This document shows positions 49,001 through 58,209 of a stretch of 64,000 nt of DNA, in pieces. Every line of letters begins with the position of its first letter. Positions within the stretch are counted from its first letter, which is position 1. A program made the position numbers and the translations under genes. Where the stretch lies: the IMG/VR virus record IMGVR_UViG_3300032226_000829, one strand, 5' to 3'. This DNA comes from a virus (lineage: Duplodnaviria; Caudoviricetes). Below the pieces are notes generated by a model. It was not told where the DNA came from and made no database searches. It saw nothing but the letters and a program-made list of their open reading frames with translations.

Positions 49001-52000
49001 CACAAATCCTGCTGTTTTGATGTATTTTTCAAGAATATTTTTTTCAGGAAAAGGATTATGATTGTAATTTTCTGATTTCAAATAAGTTTCATCTGATTTG
49101 ATTCTATAAACAAAGTCAGGATCTATGGGATTTAGATCGTTGGTCAATGAAATTGGTTGTGGATTCAATTTGAATTGTTTTTCATCCAACACATATTCCA
49201 CTTCATCAAAGCCTGTCGCCGCACCATATTGTCCTGTTCTAATGGCCCATTCTTCATAGAACTCAATGCTGTCTTTGTTGGCACTGGCCAGTGAATTAAA
49301 CAATTTTTCCAAAGCATTCTTGGTGCCTTTGTCCTGTAAAAACCCTTGATAAAATTTGTACTGTGCCACATCATCATTGATAATATTTTGTAGATATTCT
49401 CTCTTTTGATATCCTATCAAATGTTGAGCAAGTTTTTGTTGCTCCACATCAAAATTATCTGTGTCCAAATCATAAAAGTCACCAAACTGATTGGTTTTGT
49501 ATTCAAAGTTGGGTTTCAATGTGCTGACTGGTTTTTCAGACAGTTTGGTCCACTGATCAAAATCAAATGTGCTGGATCCTGTGACGTTTAGATTGGCACT
49601 GTAATAGAATTGTTTGTATTTGACCACATCACTCATGCTGTAATCTGTGAATGGCTGCCATTCACTTATTTTCACTTCATCATACATGAATCCTGGCACA
49701 TTCAAGGAACCATTCCAATTACCCACCACATATCCTATCACTTTGATTCTGTCCTGTCTATACCCTGCTGCAAAATCATAGATCACATCATTGAATACTG
49801 TGACATTGTCAATCAATACCACATGTTCTTTTTGAATCAAAGGTATTTTAACAAAATAAATTCCGTCACTGGTGTTTTTCACACTCAAAGTAAAGTCGTT
49901 GTTTTGTCGCACCACGCTTAATTTTTCTTTGGAAATTTTAATACCATCTGCTTTGAGCACTGCATAATCATAAAAATTATCAAACACATTGTCAGCCACC
50001 GAAAAAGATGTTTTTAACTGGATTTTATTGGCTGCCGGACTCAATGACAACACTGCTCCGGATTTCCAGTTTTGTGTGGTCCAGAACATGAACTCTTGAG
50101 CACTGAGATTCCAATTTTCCACAGCATTGATTTCCTGATTAAAATTATCAAACACAAATCCTTTGGATTCTAAATATTTGCTGTAGCCCAATAAAAAGTC
50201 TACCACATGCTGTTGAGTGGGCAGCACTGTGCCATAATTTAATACACTTGTTTCTTTTTCAAAGTTTCTACTGAACACAGCAGTGATGCCACCTTCAATG
50301 GGCAATGAACTTAGTTTGACAAATTTAGAAGAATCAAATTTACTGCCACTCAGATGATCTCTTTCAGCTTGATAAAATTGATTTTGATACTGAACAATCT
50401 GACCAGCACCGTAGACTTTATTGGAGATCCAACTCACATAAGATTTGCTCACTCCACCCACTTTTTTCACAGAATCATTTTGTTTTTTAATAGGAGCAAA
50501 ATATTTAAATTCTGGCAGTGTTAGATCATATCCCTTGACTGAAAAACCTTCTGGAAGTTTTTCCACAATCACAGCACTGTACACCAATACATCAATGGGT
50601 GAACTGGAATTCAAATGAATATCATAATTTTCTTCAGGCACAAACACATTGCTTTGATTCAGTGGTGATCTGCTGTCCAATAACAATTTAAATTTTTCTT
50701 TTTCTGTGAATCCTTTCACTTTGAATCCCAACTGTTGAGTTAATTCAGTCAAAGTGTTTTGATAATCAGCATATTTGGTCAATACATCTGTTTTGATGTA
50801 ATTTGAAATATAATTCACCAAGCCAGAAGTTAACACATAATTTTCATCTGTTCTACTGTTGGGAAATACTAAATCTTTCAGAGTGATTCTTTTTTTAGTG
50901 GTGGTATATATTATTTCATCCGTGATATTTTTTACAATTCTAGAAGCGTCAAAATTTACACCCATGGTGTGGGCTGGTCTGTTCAACAGCATGGACTTTA
51001 ACAGAGCAAATGGATAATTGGAACTGCGTCTCCAAGCGTTTTCCACTGGAGCTTGATCACCAAATTTAAACTGTTTGGATGATAGAGTTAATATTAAATT
51101 TTTAGCGTAGTTGCTGTTGATTGGACTCAACAGTTCACCGTCCTCGTTCACGGGCAAATGATTCAACAAATCCGTTCTCACAAATCTTGGATCGTAAACA
51201 ACTTTTTTGCCTGGTTCTCTGATCACACCAGCCTGAAGATCTTCCCAAAGAATCAAGTTGTCACTGGTGTAAGGTGCTGGACCATACACTGTGTTCCACC
51301 AAGTAGGCTGTTCGCTGAAGCCCAACATCTCCCAAGGATGACTGTGTGGTCTATCTGTGTCATAGGCTTGTTTGTATATGGCTCTCCAAAATCCCAACAA
51401 TGGAGTGCCAGCAAACGACAGCATGTGTGAATGATTGAACGTAAAACTGTTTGATCCATCATAGAAAAAATTATTAGTATAATCCAAAGTGCCCACCATA
51501 CTGTTCCATTTGATGAAATCAGCAGACATAGACTGATCAATGTTGGAAGTTTTATATCCTGTGTTTCTAAATTCTCCTGGAACAAAATCAAAAATGTTTC
51601 TTATGTCTTTGTTGTATTCAATTTTTATATTGTTATAAATTCTTTTTTCAAGTTCCAACAATAGTTCATCTCTGTAATCACCATATGCCACAATGATGCT
51701 GCCATCGTGCCCTTGAACAACATCCACTGGATTGATCAATGTGTGATCTGTGTATATTTGTGGTTTGTATCTTGGATACAATCCTAATTTGGTTGGTGTG
51801 GATGGCACATAGTTGCCGTTGGTGCTTTCATATTCATATATTTCCACCAAATCGTTCACTGCTAATGCTGTGTTGATCACACAAAAATTGTCACTGTTGA
51901 ATTCATAATTAATTTTATGATACAACTGCTCACCATTCAAATATACCTGAACTGCTTTGGTATTCAGTTGAGCCATGCTGAACTGTTGACTGAGAGCAAA

Positions 52001-54739
52001 ATAAATGTTGCTGTTGTCATACACTTTGAATGTTAATTTTTTAGCAGCACCATAAGGAACCATGTCACTGAAATAGAATGGCATGTTGCTGTTTTTGTCT
52101 TTGTTAATAATTTTCATTATTTCATCCACATGCTCACGCACTGTGCCACTGAATCCAGAATTTTCTGCCACTTGTAAAAATGTTTTTTTGAATTTGTCGT
52201 ATTCTTTCTGAGCAAAAGATACAGATTTAACCACATTCACTTGTTTTTCTGTGATGTGATACAAAGATAGATTGATTGGAGCACTGTGTTGAACAAATTT
52301 AGTTCCATAAGCAGTTAAATTACCCAAATCTCTCAAATTGTTTGAACCTGGATTTACACCTTCAAATGAATTCAATTGTTCTATGATACTGTCCACATGA
52401 TTTACCACTTCACCAAATGTAAAATCATTAAGATTATCATTCAAAGGATTACTTTCTAAATTGATTGGTATTTCATAGTATCCTTGATTATTTTTTACAG
52501 CATCACTGTGAGTTTTTAAAATTATAGACTGATCACTGTTCAAATCATTGTTCAATTGCACATACAAAATGTTATTGATACTTACGGTTTGATATTCGTT
52601 GGAGTTTAACAATTTATTATCCACATAAACTTTTAGGATCAAATCATTCAGTAGTCCACTGTTGTTGTACACATCCACAGCAAAATCATTGACTTGTTCT
52701 GAAGCAATGTACTGCCTAATCACCATTTGTTTGCTGAAATTTTTGGCTTTGGTCCAACCATGCACATATTTGAAAGTGGTTCTGTCACTGTATCTTTTTA
52801 AAAATCCAATATCTGTGGATTGAGTCACAAGAGTATCTTGAGATTGATAATCAAAAGTTTCAGAAAGAAGATTGAAATCAAACACAATGTCACCCACATT
52901 GTTGACATTTCTGTACGCCAAAGGAAATCCCAGTTCAATATCGTTGGTTCCTGTGCCCACTCTATAACTGAAAACTTTGTTGCCTAAAAAGTTTGTGCTG
53001 AGATACTTGTTTGAACTGGAAAAACTGTCTCCTTCATCGTCAAACACATCAAACAGCGGAGTTTGATTCACTGCAGTTTTTGCTTGAGCTTCTTTCCAAG
53101 ATGCGCCATCATAATAAAACATTTTTCCTTGATTGACGGTTCCATTGGTCACCAATACTACTTCATTTTCCAGCGGTGCTGAATCTGTTGGTTCAATCAA
53201 TGATATTTGTTTGTTGGTGGGATCACCATCTCCGCCAAAATTAATAATTTTCACAGTGAATATTCTATTTTTTACTAGGATATCTGGATCAGCAGTGACC
53301 AATAGTCTCATGCCATCCACTAGATCCACTCCATCCACATTGTAACCTGTGGCTCCTTCTATGTCACTGAACACGTCCTTGGTGAATGTGTCCACCACAT
53401 CCACATATGGTTTGGCCACACTGCCAAATTTATAAAGTTTTAAACCATTGTCAAATTCTATTATGGGTCTTTTTGCTCTTAAATTTTCATTCACATCCAG
53501 TGTGATATTTTTGTAATCTGCCACTGCTTGCAACACAGACTTATGCACCCATTTGTTGGCTCTGGTCCATGGGTTTTTATCCAATGAATTTTTTTTGATC
53601 ACAATGTAATCTTTTGAGTCTGCTGTGATGTCCTCTATATCATAGGTGTTCTTGTCAAATCCCAAATCATCAAATGATTCTAAAGTTTCATCAGCAATAT
53701 CGTTGGGCACTGCAAAATCTTGTTCATTTATCAATTGAATTGATTCGCCTACTCCTTCCACATACCATTCATTTTGAGCATATTTGGCTGGAGTTACATT
53801 GCCTTTGAAATTTATTTTCATACCATTGGACAATGATAATCCGTTGGTTAATGTGAAACTTTTTTTACCAATAATTTCTTTTTCTACATTTATTTCACTG
53901 TTTTCTATTATTTCATCAATTTGTATCAGTCCATAAGCATTGATATCATTGGCTGACACATAATATAAAGTGTCTGGAGTATTCACTCCCACTGTGAAGA
54001 TTGTTGTGCCTTGCTCCACATTTTGTTGATCCACTCCTTCATTGTACAAATAACTGTCTTGTAAAATTCTAGCAGTTCTAATAGTGAATGGCATGCCAGG
54101 AGTATCAATGTCAAATCGATATGTGATACCTTTGAACAATTTTATGGTGGCATTTTGTGTCAAACCATCTGGCGATAACACATAAGCATAATTGTCCAAA
54201 TTATCTGCCAATCGCACAGTGTAAGTGCTTTGAATCTGCTGTTGAATGCCTGTGATGGTGATCACTTCAGGACCTGAAGTTAACCAGTAGTATTCTCTAA
54301 AATTTACAAACTTGTCCCAATCAATATTAGGATTCCAACTGTAGTATTCTTGACTGTTTAAAACGCTGTGATTGTCCACATTGCCTGATAAACTTTTAAT
54401 TTGATTGATGTAATCCACATAATCTTTGTAAAACACCACATTGTTTAAATTGTCTTTTCTAACCACCACAGGTTCAAATTGATAGTTTTGTCTGTCATCT
54501 GACACTTCGTTGATATAGTTGTCTTGAATCTCAAATGCTTTGGCGGTTTTTCTGCCATAGAACGCACTGATTTTTTCCACAGTGCCTGGATTTAATAATT
54601 GATCCAACGTGCTGTGTAAAAATTTTGTATTTGTGGGTGTTCTAAAATATTTGGGAAGTAGATTAGAAGTTTTTCTATCTGATGTGTTTTGATTGCCTTT
54701 GGGTAGTGGAAAATCTTCTTGATTATTATCGTAAGCCAT
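40052..54739 (-). CDS. giant baseplate wedge-like structural protein (4895 aa; gp7-position)
   Basis: Uninterrupted 14.7 kb ORF directly downstream of the gp6-like gene; FG-GAP-like repeats, GSGY...PT/GGGG-GA repeats, FTGDGST repeats. Confidence 0.75.
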   Translation of the reverse strand: MAYDNNQEDFPLPKGNQNTSDRKTSNLLPKYFRTPTNTKFLHSTLDQLLNPGTVEKISAFYGRKTAKAFEIQDNYINEVSDDRQNYQFEPVVVRKDNLNNVVFYKDYVDYINQIKSLSGNVDNHSVLNSQEYYSWNPNIDWDKFVNFREYYWLTSGPEVITITGIQQQIQSTYTVRLADNLDNYAYVLSPDGLTQNATIKLFKGITYRFDIDTPGMPFTIRTARILQDSYLYNEGVDQQNVEQGTTIFTVGVNTPDTLYYVSANDINAYGLIQIDEIIENSEINVEKEIIGKKSFTLTNGLSLSNGMKINFKGNVTPAKYAQNEWYVEGVGESIQLINEQDFAVPNDIADETLESFDDLGFDKNTYDIEDITADSKDYIVIKKNSLDKNPWTRANKWVHKSVLQAVADYKNITLDVNENLRAKRPIIEFDNGLKLYKFGSVAKPYVDVVDTFTKDVFSDIEGATGYNVDGVDLVDGMRLLVTADPDILVKNRIFTVKIINFGGDGDPTNKQISLIEPTDSAPLENEVVLVTNGTVNQGKMFYYDGASWKEAQAKTAVNQTPLFDVFDDEGDSFSSSNKYLSTNFLGNKVFSYRVGTGTNDIELGFPLAYRNVNNVGDIVFDFNLLSETFDYQSQDTLVTQSTDIGFLKRYSDRTTFKYVHGWTKAKNFSKQMVIRQYIASEQVNDFAVDVYNNSGLLNDLILKVYVDNKLLNSNEYQTVSINNILYVQLNNDLNSDQSIILKTHSDAVKNNQGYYEIPINLESNPLNDNLNDFTFGEVVNHVDSIIEQLNSFEGVNPGSNNLRDLGNLTAYGTKFVQHSAPINLSLYHITEKQVNVVKSVSFAQKEYDKFKKTFLQVAENSGFSGTVREHVDEIMKIINKDKNSNMPFYFSDMVPYGAAKKLTFKVYDNSNIYFALSQQFSMAQLNTKAVQVYLNGEQLYHKINYEFNSDNFCVINTALAVNDLVEIYEYESTNGNYVPSTPTKLGLYPRYKPQIYTDHTLINPVDVVQGHDGSIIVAYGDYRDELLLELEKRIYNNIKIEYNKDIRNIFDFVPGEFRNTGYKTSNIDQSMSADFIKWNSMVGTLDYTNNFFYDGSNSFTFNHSHMLSFAGTPLLGFWRAIYKQAYDTDRPHSHPWEMLGFSEQPTWWNTVYGPAPYTSDNLILWEDLQAGVIREPGKKVVYDPRFVRTDLLNHLPVNEDGELLSPINSNYAKNLILTLSSKQFKFGDQAPVENAWRRSSNYPFALLKSMLLNRPAHTMGVNFDASRIVKNITDEIIYTTTKKRITLKDLVFPNSRTDENYVLTSGLVNYISNYIKTDVLTKYADYQNTLTELTQQLGFKVKGFTEKEKFKLLLDSRSPLNQSNVFVPEENYDIHLNSSSPIDVLVYSAVIVEKLPEGFSVKGYDLTLPEFKYFAPIKKQNDSVKKVGGVSKSYVSWISNKVYGAGQIVQYQNQFYQAERDHLSGSKFDSSKFVKLSSLPIEGGITAVFSRNFEKETSVLNYGTVLPTQQHVVDFLLGYSKYLESKGFVFDNFNQEINAVENWNLSAQEFMFWTTQNWKSGAVLSLSPAANKIQLKTSFSVADNVFDNFYDYAVLKADGIKISKEKLSVVRQNNDFTLSVKNTSDGIYFVKIPLIQKEHVVLIDNVTVFNDVIYDFAAGYRQDRIKVIGYVVGNWNGSLNVPGFMYDEVKISEWQPFTDYSMSDVVKYKQFYYSANLNVTGSSTFDFDQWTKLSEKPVSTLKPNFEYKTNQFGDFYDLDTDNFDVEQQKLAQHLIGYQKREYLQNIINDDVAQYKFYQGFLQDKGTKNALEKLFNSLASANKDSIEFYEEWAIRTGQYGAATGFDEVEYVLDEKQFKLNPQPISLTNDLNPIDPDFVYRIKSDETYLKSENYNHNPFPEKNILEKYIKTAGFVDPNDVDFILKNYDDILSIDTAKLKFDQYVWIGFFKQSWQVYKHIKTDYKVLSVTEANNLVTVVTDLYSNVSVDDIISVSIPQQNSKQLFKVKTVSLDQIVCHKNGNTVLTVNDGSSYGYLGTFVSNKLSNLESINAKAQDSGGFKNNDLFWVEDDNNAEWVTLKNNKVWQNHQQIVNFNTDSMASYGTAMSVDGSNNVMAVSDLNLGIYIYKRGSDSGQFTLRQVIDVPQNIWTGNADFGASLDISADGKYIVVGAPKASQVRSYYKGNYSTITAYDVGDIVKHKEQLWKVVNPVLGQDPSVDFTTFDAASFWSEVEFDAGINVYPTIKQMITGNYSVAGVSTDHLLIRAGSQQYRGSAVGDTLVLYWNNLTTEYPTGNTPFNGTATGIDKTFIDGAHTIQEKVDEIINIDLTLLTPTVGDTLSTEDADGEVVYVFSQGTQSIIYLSNVNGNFADSDQIKLGVFPVGDYTRVIAEDYDLTLAGWWLINIPSPGTVSAQADSKKSLVIRDIIKAGDPRTAFLYFNSLDTQQSQSVLPTIITPASQLSILTYDKQFTIPGYSAFTGSIDDSRYLIRAPKAMSDVLPTATYDEVGVWFNTIQTGVPLSVTEPTALDLPFEDLNGVKEIIDVWNGFLRVLAQPDGLGTFYVPTVGDTVQDDATGSQAEVTYVKVVGFNVLQIYVKNKTGSFSVGTDFGPPVNLTLIGTPNRTVGVIQRSELEDAVVGSLFVFDQGSALVPTSNSAYHFINGLEYYLYQDITQDGVSRAASVPSRINRDYEQVFNIPAGLGYTSALTNQGLFLIYERLTNGNYALTSSYLVPNMNNGTNLGLKTILRQHNAVTTLYVSSAATATDTGKIYFVKKSSTQNWNLSVDPNYTGLFDISSVYRTNDLIAYNNIIYKSLTNQGPSSFVSTFWQPQTEGIDYQGYVPHDPNDDSTPTLEGDSTINISQLQNFGYTFDVNDSGSVLAVSVIDFIDSSSPTQNKVVIYRLVNGRYQYSQTLISPDSGEDNTDFANAVAVSNDGMFIAVGSPQADQTATDGGVVYVFKQTNGVYVNTQTLTSPQPQTTEKFGTNLDFDGDTLAISSLNGDMEINFSLDTNNTYFDAGATTFNNKLLDTGSIYVYENFNNVFVFADEFSVNDQDLVNFGKNIKINNNHVYASLSNYLNDHSSPYTEGLIFDFRKPNLTQTWNAHKTPVMSVDVDKIKEIFLYNTKNNKLLQKLDYIDPIQGKIAGIAEQELYYKTYYDPAVYTVGISGLSIDAQNSWHKEQVGRLWWDLSTVKFYDANQGNIIFTTNYWNKIFPGSSIDVYEWVESKYLPTEWNNLSDTKQGIVLGISGTTKYNNSVYVSKQVYDFISNSFSNRYYYWVKNKKILPNIDSRKLSAYEVFQLIEDPKKQGYKFVSLLSKNQFAVNNIDNFLENKDIAINFKIWTIKNQDINIHNEFQLISEGIPYSKPKKEIEAVWFNSLIGYDEQFRSVPDEDLSFKYKYGTLRKPRQGWFVNRIEALKQVIERVNAVCKTNLITDTRDISRLNEFEESPSTITRLYDLTKDTLADLSFVGTANIEQAVLIPVIQNNKIVDVSIVNPGRGYRVVPTYKIIDSPGTGSGAELEFEINISGQITSVTVNKQGSNYSANTRIEVRKFSVLIQSDSEIGNKWSIHQWDSDLLEWQRILSQKYNVNQHWSYDDWYSVGYSKFTEVNHTVSDSYKLLLINDELGDIVKIENVGTGGWVLLEKIDNQNDVDYTINYKTIGRQNGTVQFSNSLYNFSQSTVGFNSTSYDVTVYDNQPITETRIILETLRDNIFVDELEVEYNKLFFSSLRYVFSEQSFVDWAFKTSFVKAQHNVGELNQRVVYKNDNLSNYQDYINEVKPYKTKVREYISAYESIDNSRVNVTDFDLPATYDPVSKKIVVSYAKVINDQIANSNITSIYPNKHWLDNVGFKVTTIKISNVGSGYLGTPTITITGGGGTGATAKAFVSNGRLTHIQIVDSGSGYLSAPTVNISGSLSTTGVAGQAVAILGDSLIKSTHIRVKFDRTTGTLLISNLTRTETFVGTGNQLTYSLKWPINLKSSKVKVIVNQRPALFSEYVYSNEEDNTKSYLRTQGRITFEQPPALGSAIQIQYEIDANVLQTQDRVNHLYEPITGMLGNDLAQLIEGIDYGGVEVRSLSFGGGTGWDSEPYFTTTWDTYDTTYEDEVFRLDGSTNTFNLSQALSAGAIYNIYKNGVRIDDPNYGTAQPVTNPNALMKTIQGDGSTTVIQINEQLIPTVANDVIVIRKSTSDGSFLPDPDAYDTLLQGGDLAYNTATGILSQDIIVDGDGFVTPTTSKGPEELVPGQVLDTVDIQVYDRSGETGSRINSYNYLGDGSTAVFAIDSLPQSQEGVFVKVNNQILDNSAFTTNFANKTVVLNSVPANNAQINIITMSMNGEKIVDTDVFTGDGSTFIFVTRAKFNINQSSFVKVNGQTATYVLEETDSGYQYTNKTLIRFAVPPAVGSVITYVIYSSVSKTFSEVTYDEFTGDGSTIVYDLSQTPFNQEPLTHNVIVKVGNNILNAGYNERFNVTAVREYALKSWQQPFGSVLRTDVRAFLNGVELNSVEYRWESANSSVVLEAGIGTVGDILKVYVISDGDYVIGGSGGYTLTLDTAPTLGQTIKVWQFTNHDVLQIERTNYDIIARDTLVVNSNNYFEYQNLTNGIVRLRQSAVDAQYVWVAINGTVLSPSVDYKVSNDQQTLKIKSTIQANDVIDIIHFTAPKYVSKFGFRQFKDMLNRTHYKRLGNDNKYYLTQTLHWYSQEILLSDTVGLTEPNVSLGRPGVLFIDGERIEYFLLFADRVGQLRRGTLGTGVKDNYESGTEVFDQSAFQTVPYKDETITEIFTSDGSTENITLSWIPQSVNEFEVFVAGRRLRKNSIRSYNATLGMDSPEADVILPAEFSVSGTSTICTLLVAPPVNTKIIVVRRIGKLWNNSTPLSQTENDIARFLRAKEVSLPQ

Positions 54740-57700
54740 TAGTAACTCCCGTTGAAAGAAGCACTGCTGATACCCACATTAATGTTTGGAGTAGATGTGA
54801 CAATTGACCCACTGGATTTTAATTTTGAAGCAGTTATGGCGTCAATTATTTCAACATCATCCACTGTGGCACCACTGATAAAAATTTCATCGCTTTCAGA
54901 TTTAATTTCAAACAAACTGCCAAAGGATTGAGATGCTTGATCCGGAACTATCACAAAAGTCACTATATCTGGAGCCAGTTGAGTCATCACGTATGTGCTG
55001 AGTTCTGAAAAATAAAATGTATCACCGAAATCCCAATTCTCCAGATCAAAGTATTCATTCACAGCCTGAATCACTCTTACCTTCACATCATCATCATTCA
55101 CCACCTCATTGGTGTTTTTGACCACTTTGAACACTGATTGAAATTTAACATCTGCTTTGTTTCCAAACAAAATTTTGTATTTCACTGGATGATAGATCAC
55201 TTCATCACTGATGGATTTGATTAGATTGATGTCTTTGCCAAAATTTTGATACATGGCATCAGAACTCTGTGGCAGGGGTTTATTTTCAATATCGTCAGCC
55301 AACCAAGATCTGAATTCTGTGTCATAAGATCTTGTCAACAAAAATATATCAATGATATTGCTGGAGCTGGGATCTATTCTGTTAGAACTGTCTGTGCTGT
55401 GTACGTACTGAAATTTTAAACTATCACGACCGTTGTATGCTCTATAATCACTCACTGTGGTCAAAACTCCTGTGGATACATTCAATAATTTAAAAACACC
55501 AGTGGTGGTGTTGTAAAACACAGTATTTGTGTCATATGAACTGTAGGATCCAATGTTGTTTTCACTGCTGATTGATTGAATATTTTCACTATCAGCATTC
55601 ACATAATTAAAATCTTCCACTCCATTAGATGTAATCTTTTTTTGATACACTAGAGTGCCCGCAGATACTAAATTTTCAAAAGATTCTGGATTGTCCATCA
55701 GTCCATCATCATCTGAATCAAAATAAGTAATTTCTATTTTTTTACTGTCCACATATCCTTGTGCGTCTTTGTATTCTTCCACCACTTGCCAGTTGACATT
55801 GTCCAACATTGGAGTCAAAACTCCTGGAGCATTGTTGATATTCAACACTGTGATTTTGTCTTTGATTATTTTGCCAGTGTTGGTGTTGTAATTTTTATCA
55901 CTGCTATCGTAATAGAATCTTATCTCTTTGTCGCTTTCAAACACATATCTCACACCTTTGTAGGTCACTGTGTACAGTTCTGTGTCAGTGGTAAACAGCA
56001 ATAACCAGCTGGCATCCAATTGTTGATTGCTGATGTCACCTGTTTTGCCCATGCTGAAATCAGCATAAACATTGAGGTTGTTTTCATCGATCACCACCCA
56101 ATCTCTGGCTGCAATATCGTATCTCAATCCAAATGTACTGTTGGCAAATATTTGATCCAACATTTCCAATTTGATATCTGCGGACAAAAATTTTGTAAAT
56201 TTAGGCACTATCTGAGCCAACACAGCATCAGTGGGTATTACATCATTGAGAATTATGGGACCGCTGTTGTCATTTTGAATCAATGTGCCATTGTCGATCA
56301 CATTCACCACTGTGGCCCATCGCACTGTGCTGTCTCCCAATTGTGAAGGGGATCCTGTGAGCAATTCGCCTTTGGCTGTGAAGTATTTTCCAGTGGGTGC
56401 TGTAAATTTTAATTGTGCACCAATTTCTAAATATTTTAACACACTGTCTGTGAAAGTGCCCACTTCTAATTTGTTACTGTCACTGTCTGCAAGATATCCA
56501 GTGCTGAGATTGCTGCCATTGGTGGATTGATACCATTCAGTTGCCACATCTGTGGTAATAATTTTAGCAAAATTGTTCAAATAAAAATTAAATAATTTTT
56601 TGTTGCTCAACAAAGGTTCAATTGAATTGTTAATGATTCCTTCAATGTCAGTTCTACTCACATAACTGAAAGTAAAACTATTATTAATATTTTCTTTGTA
56701 AATTATTCCATCACTGCCGTACAAATTAGTGCTGCTGTATTTGCCGGTAGCATCCAACAGGTCAAAGTATCTGGACACTCCACTGCTGATTCTATTCACT
56801 GATTTAATTTTAATAATTTGTTGATTCACTGACAACGGAGCCACATTGTAATCTTCCCCTGTGATCATTCTGTTCTGCGTGTAGTAAGTGGCAGGTGCGT
56901 TGTTTTTTATAGAACTATTTGATTCAGAATTGGTTGCGTTGTCCACTGTGTATTGCAGTGCCAAACTGATTGTGAGTGTTTCGTCTTTGCCTGTGGCACT
57001 GACATAAGGCACTGTGATTTCAATGTTGATTAAATCTGCTGGAACAATTTTAAACTGTCTATTGTCACTGGTTCTGTAATATGTTCTAAATTTGCCTTTG
57101 GGTAAATTTCCAAAAGTGCCGTCAGCAAATTGCAGATTGACTCTGTCTTCAGTTCTAGTGATCACACTGTAGATATTTCTAATAGATTTTGCAGTGCTGT
57201 TGTAGATCACGTTGTTGCCTTCGGTAGCACTCACTTTGGTCCACAATTCTGTTTCGTTGCTGTTGCTGTCCAGTTGATACAGCCACACATCTGATTGATT
57301 GATGTTGGTAGCATCCAATCCAACCACTTGATTGGGAGTGGATAGGTCCACTGAAAAATCTCCTTGTTGCAGTGTGCCTTGTCTGAAGTGAAAGAAAAAT
57401 CCTGTGTTGCTGCTGGCATTGCCTCTGCCATCTTCTTTGTAAACAAATTGTAATTTGTTTGTGGGCAAAGGAGATAATTCTGTTAATTCTCCATCTTTCA
57501 AATCCACACTGACCACTTCAAAGGCAGTGTTTCTGCCATCTATGGTTTTTGTGAATGAAAACACTGGTACTTCTTGTAGGTTTGAATTGAATTGATAAAG
57601 TTCTGTGGGAATTCCATTCACAGTGTCTATTTTGTTGGGTCTTCCTATTTTGCCAGTCACTGGTAGAATTGCATTCAACACTTTAATAAATTGTTCATAC

Positions 57701-58155
57701 CAATCTTCATTGCTGGGATCATTCCATATGATGGTTTGATTGGCTATGTTGATATTGTTGCTGTCTATGATCTCTTCTGAAGTGCTGATGGCATCAATTT
57801 TTAATAAACCGTTGGCTGGTTGATTACGCTTGGCATTGTAGCTTAACAGTCTAGCAAGACGCAACACTGATTCTCTGCGTTCTGCTAATTCTATAAAATT
57901 TTCTCTGGCATTCAAGTCAATTCTGAATGCAATGTTTTGTCCCAAGAAAGCAATCAAATCAATCAGAGCAAGATATTCACTGCTCTCTAAATAATCATTG
58001 AAATCTTCAGGATAGTTTTGACGCAGATAATTGATCATGGATCTGCGTAGATTGTCAAAATCATAACTTTTGAAATCGGCATTTCTGAAGCTCTGATAGA
58101 CTTTTTTCCAGTCCTCTGCCAGCAATAATTTGTTCAATCTATCTGTGGATGACAT
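54739..58155 (-). CDS. gp6: baseplate wedge protein, T4 gp6-like (extended, 1138 aa)
   Basis: DFKSYDFDNLRRSMINYL...FNDY-x-ESS...NFIELAERRESVLRLA; RMITGEDY; FGDTFYFSEL. Confidence 0.82.
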   Translation of the reverse strand: MSSTDRLNKLLLAEDWKKVYQSFRNADFKSYDFDNLRRSMINYLRQNYPEDFNDYLESSEYLALIDLIAFLGQNIAFRIDLNARENFIELAERRESVLRLARLLSYNAKRNQPANGLLKIDAISTSEEIIDSNNINIANQTIIWNDPSNEDWYEQFIKVLNAILPVTGKIGRPNKIDTVNGIPTELYQFNSNLQEVPVFSFTKTIDGRNTAFEVVSVDLKDGELTELSPLPTNKLQFVYKEDGRGNASSNTGFFFHFRQGTLQQGDFSVDLSTPNQVVGLDATNINQSDVWLYQLDSNSNETELWTKVSATEGNNVIYNSTAKSIRNIYSVITRTEDRVNLQFADGTFGNLPKGKFRTYYRTSDNRQFKIVPADLINIEITVPYVSATGKDETLTISLALQYTVDNATNSESNSSIKNNAPATYYTQNRMITGEDYNVAPLSVNQQIIKIKSVNRISSGVSRYFDLLDATGKYSSTNLYGSDGIIYKENINNSFTFSYVSRTDIEGIINNSIEPLLSNKKLFNFYLNNFAKIITTDVATEWYQSTNGSNLSTGYLADSDSNKLEVGTFTDSVLKYLEIGAQLKFTAPTGKYFTAKGELLTGSPSQLGDSTVRWATVVNVIDNGTLIQNDNSGPIILNDVIPTDAVLAQIVPKFTKFLSADIKLEMLDQIFANSTFGLRYDIAARDWVVIDENNLNVYADFSMGKTGDISNQQLDASWLLLFTTDTELYTVTYKGVRYVFESDKEIRFYYDSSDKNYNTNTGKIIKDKITVLNINNAPGVLTPMLDNVNWQVVEEYKDAQGYVDSKKIEITYFDSDDDGLMDNPESFENLVSAGTLVYQKKITSNGVEDFNYVNADSENIQSISSENNIGSYSSYDTNTVFYNTTTGVFKLLNVSTGVLTTVSDYRAYNGRDSLKFQYVHSTDSSNRIDPSSSNIIDIFLLTRSYDTEFRSWLADDIENKPLPQSSDAMYQNFGKDINLIKSISDEVIYHPVKYKILFGNKADVKFQSVFKVVKNTNEVVNDDDVKVRVIQAVNEYFDLENWDFGDTFYFSELSTYVMTQLAPDIVTFVIVPDQASQSFGSLFEIKSESDEIFISGATVDDVEIIDAITASKLKSSGSIVTSTPNINVGISSASFNGSY

Positions 58156-58209
58156 AAGTTCTCATTGGTTAAACTTATTTATTATGTTTGATTAAATGCT
58201 CAGTTAATT

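Noticed and set aside
40052-54739. Intein, intron or stop-codon recoding explaining the giant ORF
   Set aside because: I recognised no intein splice motifs or homing endonuclease, and ORFs across the window are long and well packed in the standard code.
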